Shown piece after piece: positions 1 through 9,747 of a stretch of DNA of 32,000 bases (within the stretch, counting starts at the first letter, position 1; the number at the start of each line of letters is the position of its first letter). Source of the stretch: Candidatus Electrothrix yaqonensis (GTDB taxonomy: Bacteria > Desulfobacterota > Desulfobulbia > Desulfobulbales > Desulfobulbaceae). The translations under genes and the position numbers were made by a program. Location of the stretch: the NCBI GenBank assembly GCA_047651235.1, contig CP178758.1:2550001-2582000 (forward strand). Reading direction: 5' to 3'. The notes below the pieces were generated by a model, which worked only from the letters and a program-made list of their open reading frames with translations, was not told where the DNA came from and did not search any database.

Positions 1-132
1 GGTTTCTGTGTATCCTCCGTGTACGGATTCCTGTTCCTGCACTCAGGAACAATGCGGAGCCAGCTGCTGATTATTTGTTGATTGATCTGCTGATTGCGCT
101 GCACGGAACAGCAGAAAAAAAGCAGAAAATTG

Positions 133-163
133 ACCCGGCGCCGAATCTGGTGTCGGGTTTTTT
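133..163 (+). terminator. Rho-independent terminator-like hairpin with T-run
   Basis: ACCCGGCGCC (133-142) pairs with GGTGTCGGGT (149-158): 10 bp including two G-U pairs, with a 6-nt loop GAATCT. It runs directly into a T6 tract (158-163). Confidence 0.5.
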
Positions 164-190
164 ATGCGGTTTTTGATACGTTTTTTTGCC
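153..190 (+). repeat. T-tract module, copy 1 (TCGGG-T6-ATGCGG-T5-GATACG-T7)
   Basis: Hand alignment to 23555-23590 gives about 30 identical positions with a few 1-nt indels. The three T-tracts are spaced about 11-12 nt apart in both copies. Confidence 0.5.
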
Positions 191-569
191 GCGCATTGCA
201 CCTCACCCGGCAGCAGCTCTCCGGCAAAGTCTGGAAAAGATCTCCCGCAGCAGATGATCCTTCAATCCTTCAGCCGGTTCATGAGCTGTTTTTCATATTC
301 GTCATCAGTGATCAGCCTCATGGTTCTTTTTTTTCCCGGATTTCCGGAAATGCCGGATCGGGCCTTCCGGCTGTCCCGTCTCAGTCGTATCTGTATGGGC
401 TGCGAATCTATTTTTCCACCAACGGCGTAACTCCTCTTCCTGTTTATTTTCTGAAAAAATCAGCTTGCTTATTGTGGCCAAACCGGTCAAATTGTATTTT
501 GGCAGGAAGCTAACTGCCCGTTACCGAACAGATGAAATCTGTGTCGAAACACAAAGCAAGGAGGAAATC

Positions 570-1181
570 ATGAAGGTATTGATCGTTTATTACTCAATGT
601 ATGGACACGTTCGTCAGCTGACAGAAGCTGCAGCGGAAGGAGTGCGGTCTGTGGCAGATGCGGAAGCAATCCTGCGCCGAATTCCGGAGACTCTGCCGGA
701 TGAGGTTCTGGAAAAAATGGGGGCGGTTGAAGCGCAGAAACAGCAGGCTGACGTGCCGATATGCACTGTAGATGAACTGGGTCAGGCAGATGCAGTCATT
801 TTTGGAACACCGACCCGCTTCGGCAACATGTGCGGTCAGATGCGCCAATTTCTTGACGCAACAGGACAGCTGTGGATGGAAGGAGCGTTAGTCGGCAAAG
901 CCGGAAGTGTTCTGACAAGCTCAAACACCCAGCACGGGGGACAGGAATCCACCATCCTGAGTTTTCATATTACGCTGCTTCATCAGGGTATGGTGATTGT
1001 CGGTCTGCCCTATGCGTTTAAAGGACAAATGCTGACAGATCAGGTGAGCGGCTGTTCACCGTATGGGGCCTCAACCGTTGCAGGTGGTGATGGCAGTCGG
1101 TTGCCGAGCGCGAACGAGCTTGCCGGGGCACGATTTCAGGGAGAACATGTTGCCAGGATCGCCAAAAAGCTGAACGTATAA
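570..1181 (+). CDS. wrbA: NAD(P)H:quinone oxidoreductase, WrbA-type flavodoxin-like protein
   Basis: ORF 465..1181 trimmed to the ATG at 570, which follows AAGGAGG (558-564). [14 protein letters not shown]..., [10 protein letters not shown] and HGGQEST are typical WrbA blocks. Confidence 0.9.
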   Translation: MKVLIVYYSMYGHVRQLTEAAAEGVRSVADAEAILRRIPETLPDEVLEKMGAVEAQKQQADVPICTVDELGQADAVIFGTPTRFGNMCGQMRQFLDATGQLWMEGALVGKAGSVLTSSNTQHGGQESTILSFHITLLHQGMVIVGLPYAFKGQMLTDQVSGCSPYGASTVAGGDGSRLPSANELAGARFQGEHVARIAKKLNV

Positions 1182-1344
1182 CCTGTCAAGGCCTGTCAGC
1201 AGGACCGTTGTCAGAACAGATGCAGATCCTGCAGAAATGACAGTCTTCTTCCGCCCTTCTGTTCAGTACTGCTGCATCCCGCTCCAAAACCGGGAATCCG
1301 TTCATCAGGCTCCCCGGTATTCATTGTTCTCTCTCCTCAGCCGC

Positions 1345-1896
1345 TCAGCCGTTAAGGACAATTTTGCCTGCCACCTTAAAGGGAAAAATCTTTTTACCGT
1401 CCTTGCCGAGATGAAGCTGCCCGTCCAGCTCGTAGTTGAGCGGCTCATTACGCTTGTTGCCATACTGCTGCACATCTTTCTGCAGAAGCTCAATCACCGT
1501 ACCGACAATGGAGAACTTGGAGGTATAGACTACGACCGGCACAGAGATTGTGCCGAAAGGAGGCAGCCCTTTGCGTTCGTCGCTGATCCCGGAGGCAAAA
1601 ACTTCACCGTTAATTTTCAGGTCGCATTTTATACTGCGGATTTCCATCTGGGTGTCATTGGGATTGACCACCCGCAGCTTCAGGAGAAAAATGGTCTCCA
1701 ATGCCTTGATTTCCTGCAGCTCTATATCAGAGAGCGCGACATTCAGCTCCTCCTTGGCCCCCCAGGGCAGGGACTGCTGTACAGAGGCGCATCCTGCAGG
1801 CAGCAGCGTGAAACAGAGGGCAGCAAACAGCAGAGCGGAAGAATGGTATAATCCGGCGGCAAACGGAACAGATATTTTTTTTCTGAGCACTTTCAT
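1345..1896 (-). CDS. LEA_2 / WHy-domain (LEA14-like) lipoprotein
   Basis: ORF 1345..2025 trimmed to the ATG at 1896 (MKVLRKK...). It has a hydrophobic signal ending in the lipobox LLPAGC. The body (LLKLRVVNPND...IKCDLKINGEVFASG...YELDGQLHLG) fits the bacterial LEA type 2 pattern. Confidence 0.75.
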   Translation of the reverse strand: MKVLRKKISVPFAAGLYHSSALLFAALCFTLLPAGCASVQQSLPWGAKEELNVALSDIELQEIKALETIFLLKLRVVNPNDTQMEIRSIKCDLKINGEVFASGISDERKGLPPFGTISVPVVVYTSKFSIVGTVIELLQKDVQQYGNKRNEPLNYELDGQLHLGKDGKKIFPFKVAGKIVLNG

Positions 1897-2081
1897 AGAA
1901 ATATGAATCAACATAGATATGGACAGGTGGACAGACAGATACATACTCCGATGCTCCGTACCGGCCCCGGTAATTTTGCAATCGAAATATATACTCACAG
2001 TAAAGTTATTTTCAGTGATTGTCAATCCCCTGTGCCGGGCTCTCCGCTTCTTTACGGGTGCGCTGTGCGGTCGGAAAAAAA

Positions 2082-3068
2082 TCAGAGCATGATAAAGAAA
2101 TACCCAAGGGCAACCAGGGCAATGGAAACCGCCCGGAAGGTCTGACTGAACAGAATCAGCTGCATGGCCAGTCGCGGCTTAAAGATACCGGCATAGTAGG
2201 GAAACTGATGTCGTACAGCCCGGATGGGCGAGGACAGCACATTGCCGATCAGCAGGGTCAGGATCACCGCTTCATTACTCATGCTGCCGTCCTGCAACAG
2301 GGCACCGGCCGCAACCAGGCCTGCGGTGAATTCGGCAGCCACCTGAAGGGCGATAATTGAAACCGCCTGCGGAGAGAGCCAGGCAAGGAAGGTCAGACGG
2401 GCAGCCAGGGTATCCTTCAGCAGCTGAAACATGCCTGCCTCGGAAAGAGCAAAAAAGACAACATAGATCGGCACAGTAAAACGGATGATCTTCCGGATGC
2501 GTTTTTTAAACCGCAGAACTGTACGCTGCCCGGCTTCCCGGATACTGATTTTTTCCGCCGTGTTCTGCACCTGCTTTCCGGCGGTCTGCCTGCCAGCAAG
2601 AAGAAAACGACTCAGCACCGTGATAGCCAGGGTCCGCAGAAGAGCGGCACCCAGGGTCAGGCCGATATAAATGAACGCTGCGCCTCTGATCAGAGGAACT
2701 GTGATAAAAAAGGTGGTAGGGAGGTGGAGGAAATAGGTGGGCAGGCTGTTGAACATATTGGCCAGGACCAGCTCTTTTTTGCTGATTTTTTTCTTTTCAT
2801 AGGCTTCGGAGAGCATGGTGTTGGCTGCCACGCCGGAAAAAAAGGCCATAGAAAAGGCCGCTCCGGTCAGGTCGGACAGGCGGCCGAAGCGGATCATCGG
2901 TGCCGCTGCCACCGACATCTTCCGGGTCCAGTTCAGGGCTTCAATGAACCCGGCAGCAATGAGGCCGACAGAGATAAAGAGCAGCAGGCGGATCAGAGGC
3001 CAGCCCAGTTCGTGCCAGAGCAAAAGGAACGTGTCTGCCAGCGCAGCCATGTACCAGGGACTGTCCAT
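2082..3068 (-). CDS. Polytopic membrane protein, nucleoside-recognition (Gate) domain-like
   Basis: ORF 2082..3167 trimmed to the Met at 3068, so it does not overlap the sppA stop (3082). It has multiple hydrophobic helices. The LLWHELGWPL...MIRFGRLS... layout resembles Gate-domain proteins. The function call is weak. Confidence 0.5.
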   Translation of the reverse strand: MDSPWYMAALADTFLLLWHELGWPLIRLLLFISVGLIAAGFIEALNWTRKMSVAAAPMIRFGRLSDLTGAAFSMAFFSGVAANTMLSEAYEKKKISKKELVLANMFNSLPTYFLHLPTTFFITVPLIRGAAFIYIGLTLGAALLRTLAITVLSRFLLAGRQTAGKQVQNTAEKISIREAGQRTVLRFKKRIRKIIRFTVPIYVVFFALSEAGMFQLLKDTLAARLTFLAWLSPQAVSIIALQVAAEFTAGLVAAGALLQDGSMSNEAVILTLLIGNVLSSPIRAVRHQFPYYAGIFKPRLAMQLILFSQTFRAVSIALVALGYFFIML

Positions 3069-3081
3069 CCGTCCCGGCCTG

Positions 3082-4953
3082 TCAGAGGATTGAGGAGGGC
3101 AGCAGGCAATGGCTGTATATATTGCGCGGGTCTCCCTTGGGCAGAAAAGAAGACGGTCCTCCAGCACTGCGCAGCAGCTGTTCAGCCAGTTTTCTGAAAC
3201 TGTGTGCTGTTGTCAGTCCAGTCTGTCCTGTCAGTTCCGCATGCGCGGTTTCCAGCTGCACCAGCAGACGTTCGAACGGCGTTTTCTCCCCCTCAAAATA
3301 AAAAGCCCGGTCAGCCGGTATTCCGGTCAGCTCCGCCGCCGTAGCAACAGCCTCTTCCAGCCCGCCCAGCTGATCCACCAGCCCGATCTCAAGGGCTGTT
3401 GTGCCGTCCCAGACCCGTCCCTGAGCAACCTCATCTACTGCAGCCGGGTCCATCTTTCTGCCTTCAGCTACAATCCGGACAAACTGCCGATACGTCTGCT
3501 TAATATTCATCTGGACTGCCCTGCGGGTATCCTCGGACAGAGGACGTGTCAGATCACCCTCCCCTGCCAGTTTTGTTGTCCCGACCCCGTCACTGTATAC
3601 CCCGATTTCCGCCAATGACTGCTCGACAGTAGGAAATGCGGCAAAAATACCGATAGAACCGGTTATCGTCCCGGATGAGGCGACGATTTTATCCGCATCT
3701 GCAGCCAGCCAGTAGGCCCCGGAGGCAGCTGTCGCCGCCATGGATACGACAACAGGTTTTCCGGCCTGCTGCAGCCGGATCAGCTCCTGGCGGATCACCT
3801 CCGAGCCGAAGACACTGCCGCCGCCGCTGTCAATACGCAGAACCACAGCACCGACTGTTCGGTCCCTCCGCATTTTGCGGAGCGTTTTTGCCACTCCGGA
3901 GGCGCTGATCTGACCGACTTCGGCATCACCGTAGATAATATCCCCCTGGGCAACAAGGATGGCAATCCCCCTCTGCCGATCTCCTGCCGGACGGCTGTAG
4001 ACAGCCGGAAGCGTTTCCACGTAGCTGGTAAAGGCCACCTGTTTGAAACCGGTTTTCTTCCGGTTCTCTCCGACAAGAGAAATCAGGTGTTCACGGACTT
4101 CAGCCTTTGTTTTGATACCGTCAATCAGGCCCGTATTCAGGGCCATCCGGGCAGAATTTCCTCCGGCAGCCGCCAGTCTCTCCGGCAGCTGCTCACTCAA
4201 CTGTTCAATATCCTGCACGGAAATGCCCCGCTGTGCGGCAATGTCTGCACAGAACCGCTGCCAGAGACTGGTCAGCCACTGCAGATTCGCCTCTTTCACC
4301 TCCGGTGACATGTCATTACGGAGCAGAGGCTCAACAGCAGACTTGAACGTACCTACCCTGAAAACGTGAAAATTGATCCTGAGCTTATCCAGCAGATCGC
4401 GTACGTGCAGCTGAAAAACCCCGAAGCCGTGCAGATCAACCTCTCCCATAGGATGAAGGTATACCTCGTCACTCCGGGCAGCCATATAATACTGCCCCTG
4501 GGTAAAGGTGTCTCCGTAGGCAATAACCGGTTTACCGCTTTTTTTGAATTCATCAATAGCCCGACCGATCTCCTGCAGCTGATCAAGCCCGGCATACTGT
4601 AGTCTGTCCGGTGCCAGGACCAGTAGCTTGATGCGGTCGTCATCAGCTGCTGCCCGAATACCGCTGATAATATCCTGCAGCAGAAGTTCAGTATGCTGAG
4701 GAGTGCCGTCGATGGCATGCAGCATCCGGGCTGCCGGGCCGAGCAGAGACTCCTTTTCCAGGACACTGCCGTACGGCGCCAGCACCAGAGCAGAGCCGGG
4801 CTCTATCTCCGTTTTGGGCTGATGCCCCAGCAGCATAAGAAAGAGACCAATGAAACAAAGAAATAAAACCGTGCTGAGAAGAGCGGTCCCCACGGTCAGG
4901 ATTTTCCACATCCAGCGGATGAGCAGAGCAATGAATCGGAATATTTTTTTCAA
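3082..4953 (-). CDS. sppA: Signal peptide peptidase SppA, 67K (two-domain) type
   Basis: 623 aa with a TTG start. The N-terminus MKKIFRFIALLIRWMWKIL parallels E. coli SppA (MRTLWRFIAGFFKWTWRLL). There are two ClpP/crotonase-like halves with DSGGGSV and SMAATAASGAYW motifs. Confidence 0.9.
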   Translation of the reverse strand: MKKIFRFIALLIRWMWKILTVGTALLSTVLFLCFIGLFLMLLGHQPKTEIEPGSALVLAPYGSVLEKESLLGPAARMLHAIDGTPQHTELLLQDIISGIRAAADDDRIKLLVLAPDRLQYAGLDQLQEIGRAIDEFKKSGKPVIAYGDTFTQGQYYMAARSDEVYLHPMGEVDLHGFGVFQLHVRDLLDKLRINFHVFRVGTFKSAVEPLLRNDMSPEVKEANLQWLTSLWQRFCADIAAQRGISVQDIEQLSEQLPERLAAAGGNSARMALNTGLIDGIKTKAEVREHLISLVGENRKKTGFKQVAFTSYVETLPAVYSRPAGDRQRGIAILVAQGDIIYGDAEVGQISASGVAKTLRKMRRDRTVGAVVLRIDSGGGSVFGSEVIRQELIRLQQAGKPVVVSMAATAASGAYWLAADADKIVASSGTITGSIGIFAAFPTVEQSLAEIGVYSDGVGTTKLAGEGDLTRPLSEDTRRAVQMNIKQTYRQFVRIVAEGRKMDPAAVDEVAQGRVWDGTTALEIGLVDQLGGLEEAVATAAELTGIPADRAFYFEGEKTPFERLLVQLETAHAELTGQTGLTTAHSFRKLAEQLLRSAGGPSSFLPKGDPRNIYSHCLLPSSIL

Positions 4954-5365
4954 GAGCAGAATGTACGATGAGTTTGTCGGGCGGGCTATTACGCTATTAT
5001 GGAAACATAATGATAATCAGCATGTTCCGGACGGTTCACCCCGAATGGATTCTATCTGATTTATCTGACAGGTACAGAATACGTGATGTATTTTTTTATT
5101 GCAAGTATTGCAATGCAATATGCAAAGATATAAGGGTGGAATTGTCATGTTTCTTGTAATCGGAAAGAGCGGAGCGTGTCAATCGCTTTCCGCTAACTTT
5201 CCGGTAATTTCCTTCGGCAAGCTGTTGCAGGGCAATATGAAATTGACGAAACCGCCGGTTTCTGCTATGCAGAAGGGCGTCAATCAGGCGGCAATTCCTG
5301 CCGGAATGACAGCGGGGCATTCTGCTCCGAAAAAGAAACAAACCTCTTCCCCCTTGGATGCCCCG

Positions 5366-6673
5366 ATGATACCGGAAAAAAACTATCCGTCTGACCTTGC
5401 CGATTTTATCAGAACCTCCCCTACAGCTTTTCATGCCGCTGCTTCTGCAGGTAAGCTACTCAAAGAAAACGGCTTTACCCGGCTTGATGAACGGGAATCC
5501 TGGCAGAACCTGCCTGCCGGGCGATATTTTGCAGTCCGCAATGATTCCAGCCTGATCGCCTTTATCCGGCAGGATACGGTGCAGTCTATCGAAATGATCG
5601 GGGCGCATACGGACAGCCCCTGCCTGAAGGTCAAGCCCAATCCGGTCCGGGTCAAACAGAACTGTCTGCAACTGGGCGTTGAGGTCTACGGCGGCGCCCT
5701 GCTCCGGCCGTGGTTTGATCGGGAGCTTTCCCTTGCCGGCCGGATTTGCTGGCATGATGCCGGAGCCGATTCTGCAATCCATTCAAGCCTGATTGATTTT
5801 CAGCGGCCTGTCGCCATTATTCCCAATCTTGCCATTCACCTGAACCGTGAGGCCAACAAGAAACAGGAGGTCAACCGGCAGACCGACCTTGTTCCCGTCC
5901 TTGCCTTGGCCGGAGACGACGAACTGTATTTACCGGATTTTTCCGCCATTGTAGAGGAACAGCTGCGCAGTCAGCATTCGTTACCAGAACAGGCCGCTGT
6001 CACCGACTATGATCTGTTTTTTTACGATGCCGCCCCGCCTGCCTTGGTCGGTCTGCATGATCAGTTCCTTGTCGGTGCCCGACTGGATAACTTGGTCTCC
6101 TGCTTTGCCGCGCTGCAGGCCCTGCTTGCTGCCGATTCTGCCGGGACGGAACAGAATTGTCTGATTATTCTGAACGATCATGAGGAGGTGGGCAGTGTTT
6201 CCGCCTGCGGCGCCCAAGGAACCTTTCTGCGGGATATCCTTGAACGCCTGCTGCCTGAGGCCGGAGAACGGCAGGCTGTTCTGCGCAATTCATTTCTGAT
6301 TTCAGCAGATAACGCCCATGCGGTCCATCCGAATTTTCCGGACAGGCATGATGCGCAGCACCTGCCGCTCATGGCGAAGGGGCCGGTAATCAAGATCAAC
6401 GCCAATCAGCGGTATGCCACCAATGCCGGGACAGCTGCCCGGTTCCGGATGCTCTGCACCCAAGCTGAAGTGCCGGTGCAGGAGTTTGTCATGCGGAACG
6501 ATATGGCCTGCGGTTCCACTATCGGGCCGCTGACAGCAGCTGAAATCGGCATTGACACAGTCGATGTGGGAGTGCCGTCCCTTGCCATGCATTCCATCCG
6601 GGAAACTGCGGCCTGCCGGGACTGCTGGTTTCTGTATCAAGCCCTGTGTACTTTTTTTACTGCCGGAGCATAA
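5366..6673 (+). CDS. apeB: M18 family (aspartyl) aminopeptidase
   Basis: ORF 5099..6673 trimmed to the ATG at 5366, giving about 435 aa. DFIRTSPTAFHA near the N-terminus, GAHTDSPCLK, LNDHEEVGS, and SADNAHAVHPN fit M18. The start choice is uncertain because in-frame Met codons also occur upstream. Confidence 0.85.
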   Translation: MIPEKNYPSDLADFIRTSPTAFHAAASAGKLLKENGFTRLDERESWQNLPAGRYFAVRNDSSLIAFIRQDTVQSIEMIGAHTDSPCLKVKPNPVRVKQNCLQLGVEVYGGALLRPWFDRELSLAGRICWHDAGADSAIHSSLIDFQRPVAIIPNLAIHLNREANKKQEVNRQTDLVPVLALAGDDELYLPDFSAIVEEQLRSQHSLPEQAAVTDYDLFFYDAAPPALVGLHDQFLVGARLDNLVSCFAALQALLAADSAGTEQNCLIILNDHEEVGSVSACGAQGTFLRDILERLLPEAGERQAVLRNSFLISADNAHAVHPNFPDRHDAQHLPLMAKGPVIKINANQRYATNAGTAARFRMLCTQAEVPVQEFVMRNDMACGSTIGPLTAAEIGIDTVDVGVPSLAMHSIRETAACRDCWFLYQALCTFFTAGA

Positions 6674-6974
6674 ATTCCGGGGAACCAGGATGAAAAATTT
6701 CCTTTTTTTCTCCGACCGAGCATCTGGTCGGCCGTTAAGGAGAAGGAATATTATTCTTTTATATCGTTATGTTCTTCAGTGTTTCAGCACGATACTCTAC
6801 ATAAATGTACAGAGAAGTACTCCTTCTACTGCGGAATAATGCAGCTGCTGCAGTTGACAGTGTGCTACAGAATAGTGTAAAAGAAATGCTTTTTCAACAG
6901 AATACTATGACCCGTCTCTCCTGAGAATTTCTTGAGAGCCGGTCTTGAAACTTTCTTTAACCGAGGAGAATATC

Positions 6975-9176
6975 ATGGCTTTTTCGAGGAGGAACTTTCT
7001 CAAATATGCCGCCATGTCTGCCGGGGGCACTGTGCTTGCCGACACCCCTTTTATTTCCGCCAGGGCTAGAGCAGAGGCTGAGGGCGGAAATGTAAGGTAT
7101 GTGCCGACCAGCTGCGAGATGTGCTTCTGGAAATGCGGCGCCATTGCCAAAGTGGTTGACGACAAGGTGGTGAAACTGGAGGGCAACCCGCTTCATCCCC
7201 AGAGCCGGGGCAAACTCTGCGCCCGCGGTCAGGCCGGAATCGGCCAGCTCTACGATGAAAACCGGCTGCAGTACCCGATGATTCGTGTCGAGGGATCAAA
7301 ACGTGGTGAAAACAAGTACGAACAGAAAACTTGGGATGAAGCATTCACCTATATAGCGGAGAAACTCAAAAAAATTCAGGGGAAATACGGTCCGGAATCC
7401 GTTGCCATGATGTCGCACGGCTCTCCGGGTGATTATTTCACCAATCTGCTCAAGGCGATGGGGAGCAGAAATATTGCTTTTCCATCTTTTGCTCAGTGCA
7501 AGGGTATCCGTGATGAGGCGTGGCTGATGACCTACGGGCATAAGCCGGGCACAAGCTGTGAACGGGTTGACTTGGAAAACAGCCGGGTTATTGCGCTGTT
7601 CGGCACTCATCTGGGGGAAAATATGCATAACTCCCAGAATCAGGAATTTGCCGAAGCTGTGAGCCGGGGGGCCAAGGTCATCTGCGTTGATCCCCGCTAC
7701 TCCACCGCCGCCTCCAAGGCCGCCTTCTGGCTGCCCATCAAACCGGGGACCGATACTGCCCTGCTTCTGACCTGGATCAATATTATTATCACCGAGAAGT
7801 TGTACGACAAGGAGTATGTGGAAAAATACACCGAAGGCTTTGCGGAGGTTAAAGAGGCGGTCAAAAAATATACCCCAGAATGGGCTGCCCAGGAAACCGA
7901 GCTGCCCATGCAGCAGATTGTTGAATCAGTCCGGGAGTTGGGTCGGTATGCACCCAATGTTGTTGTTCATCCGGGACGGCATTATTCCTGGTACGGCAAT
8001 GACACCCAGCGGGCCCGGGCTGTGGCGATCATCAATGCCCTGCTCGGTACCTGGGGCCGGAAAGGCGGGATGTGGCTGCCAGCTAAAGCCAAGTTCGCCA
8101 GTTTCAATGATGGCGCCCCGGCATATCCTCCTGCAAACAAAGAACCTGTCATCAAAGGTGATTTTCCCTTTGCCGGAGGTGAGGGCGTGACCCAGGTCGT
8201 ACGGGACACCACCATCACCGGGAAACCGTACCCGATCAAGGCATGGATTGTCGCTGGCACCAATCTGATGAAAGCCCTGCCTGATCAGCGTCTGACCCGC
8301 AAGGCCATCGACAACTTGGACCTTCTGGTTGCTGTTGATCTGTTCCCCACGGAAACCGTGATGCTGGCCGATGTCATCCTGCCTGAATGTACTTACCTAG
8401 AGCGGCATGATGGTCTGTTCAAGCTTTCCACCCGCGAGGCCGGAGTTAGCCTCCGCCAGCCTGCTGTCGAACCCATGTATGATACCAAACCGGCCTGGTG
8501 GATCGGCAGCGAGCTCTGCAAGAAAATGGGGTTCGGCCAGTACGCAGTCAAAGACAACTGGGAAAAACGGATGCGGCGTCAGGCCAAGGCGTGGAAGATC
8601 GATTTCGACGAACTTGCTGATACCGGGTATGTCAGTATTCCGGGCAGCAGGGCCCCCTATATCACCGAGACCAATCAGCCGGTCTTCAACACCTTTCCTG
8701 AAAAAATCGTCCTGTACAGTGAAGATCTGGAAGAACACGGCTTTGATCCGGTGCCCCAGTATGAACGGATTGAGCAGCCCAAGAAAAACACCTACCGCCT
8801 TATCTACGGCCGCAGCCCGGTCCATACCTTCAGCCGGACCATCAATACCCAGTGGCTCTGGGAACTGCAGAAAGAAAATGAAGTGTGGCTGAATAAAAAA
8901 GAAGCGGACCGTATCGGCGTGAAGAACGGCCAGTATGTCCTGCTGGAAAATCAGGATGGTGTGCGGTGCAACAGAGTAAAGGTCCGGGCTACTGAACGGA
9001 TCCGGCGTGACTGCGTCTACATGGTGCACGGATTCGGCCATAATGCGCCCGGGCTGAAACGGGCCGATCAGCGTGGTGCGGATGATCAGCAGCTGATAAC
9101 GAAATACATCGAAGATCCGATCACCGGCGGCACCGGGATGCGGGTGAACTTTGTCAAGATAATCAAGGAGGCCTGA
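6975..9176 (+). CDS. Molybdopterin oxidoreductase catalytic subunit, polysulfide/thiosulfate reductase (PsrA/PhsA)-like, Tat-exported
   Basis: The ATG at 6975 follows GAGGAG (6963-6968). Twin-arginine motif SRRNFLK. N-terminal FeS motif CEMCFWKCG...C. Size about 733 aa. It is followed by FeS and NrfD-type subunits. Confidence 0.85.
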   Translation: MAFSRRNFLKYAAMSAGGTVLADTPFISARARAEAEGGNVRYVPTSCEMCFWKCGAIAKVVDDKVVKLEGNPLHPQSRGKLCARGQAGIGQLYDENRLQYPMIRVEGSKRGENKYEQKTWDEAFTYIAEKLKKIQGKYGPESVAMMSHGSPGDYFTNLLKAMGSRNIAFPSFAQCKGIRDEAWLMTYGHKPGTSCERVDLENSRVIALFGTHLGENMHNSQNQEFAEAVSRGAKVICVDPRYSTAASKAAFWLPIKPGTDTALLLTWINIIITEKLYDKEYVEKYTEGFAEVKEAVKKYTPEWAAQETELPMQQIVESVRELGRYAPNVVVHPGRHYSWYGNDTQRARAVAIINALLGTWGRKGGMWLPAKAKFASFNDGAPAYPPANKEPVIKGDFPFAGGEGVTQVVRDTTITGKPYPIKAWIVAGTNLMKALPDQRLTRKAIDNLDLLVAVDLFPTETVMLADVILPECTYLERHDGLFKLSTREAGVSLRQPAVEPMYDTKPAWWIGSELCKKMGFGQYAVKDNWEKRMRRQAKAWKIDFDELADTGYVSIPGSRAPYITETNQPVFNTFPEKIVLYSEDLEEHGFDPVPQYERIEQPKKNTYRLIYGRSPVHTFSRTINTQWLWELQKENEVWLNKKEADRIGVKNGQYVLLENQDGVRCNRVKVRATERIRRDCVYMVHGFGHNAPGLKRADQRGADDQQLITKYIEDPITGGTGMRVNFVKIIKEA

Positions 9177-9177
9177 T

Positions 9178-9735
9178 ATGCCCAGATACGTCATGGTCAT
9201 TGACCAGTCAAGATGCATCGGCTGCATGGCATGCGTGGTGGCATGCAAACGCGAAAACGATGTGCCGCCGGAAAACTACCGCACCAGAGTGCTGGAAATG
9301 GTCCGGGGAAAATTCCCTGATCTGACCACGGAAATGCGGTCCGAACTCTGCAATCATTGCGACCAAGCACCCTGCGTGACTATCTGTCCCACCGGTGCTT
9401 CACATCATGAGGAGGACGGCACAGTACAGATTGACCGGAAAAAATGTGTGGGCTGCAAGGCATGTATTACCTCCTGCCCGTATAATGTCCGCTATATCAA
9501 CGAAGAGCACGGCTATGCCGACAAATGTTCCTTCTGTCAGCACCGTCTCAAGGAAGGCGACAAACCGGCCTGTGTTGTCAGCTGTGTCGGCGGCTCAAGG
9601 ATATTCGGCGATCTGGATGATCCGAGCAGCGAGGTTTCCGAAATTCTGCGGAAAACCAGCAACCGGGTGCTGAAAAAAGAGGTCGGCACCGGGCCGAATG
9701 TCTATTATATCAATCAGTACGCCAAAAGGGCATAA
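9178..9735 (+). CDS. 4Fe-4S ferredoxin-type electron-transfer subunit (PsrB/NrfC/DmsB-like)
   Basis: Starts 1 nt after the A-subunit stop. Cys clusters CIGCMACVVAC, CNHCDQAPC, CVGCKACITSC and CSFC...C are present. Confidence 0.9.
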   Translation: MPRYVMVIDQSRCIGCMACVVACKRENDVPPENYRTRVLEMVRGKFPDLTTEMRSELCNHCDQAPCVTICPTGASHHEEDGTVQIDRKKCVGCKACITSCPYNVRYINEEHGYADKCSFCQHRLKEGDKPACVVSCVGGSRIFGDLDDPSSEVSEILRKTSNRVLKKEVGTGPNVYYINQYAKRA

Positions 9736-9747
9736 GGAGGGAGCGTA

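Noticed and set aside
262-321. Minus-strand micro-[22 protein letters not shown]-stop, where GAAGGATT GAAGGATC looks like an 8-bp tandem duplication causing the stop
   Set aside because: Removing one copy extends it only to 36 codons with no identifiable family and no Shine-Dalgarno sequence. There is too little evidence to call it a gene or a pseudogene.
336-370. CCGGA repeated at 336, 344 and 353, including the palindrome TTTCCGGAAA (341-350), about 220 nt upstream of wrbA
   Set aside because: The motifs are short and GC-neutral, so they could arise by chance. There is no matching known operator and no second occurrence noticed elsewhere in the window.
94-513. ORFs 94..513 and 164..430 in the region upstream of wrbA
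   Set aside because: They run through a terminator hairpin and T-tracts and have odd composition (Arg/Ser/Phe-rich). They lack an RBS and any recognisable motif. I treat 190-569 as non-coding.
5098-5127. Sigma-54 promoter, suggested by the TTGCA elements
   Set aside because: No TGGCAC-type -24 element lies at the required 10-nt spacing upstream of any of the TTGCA copies.
5099-5365. N-terminal extension of the aminopeptidase from the TTG at 5099 (524-aa version)
   Set aside because: The extra 89 residues have no M18 counterpart. Family members begin about 10 residues before the ..F...SPT.FH block, which fits the ATG at 5366.
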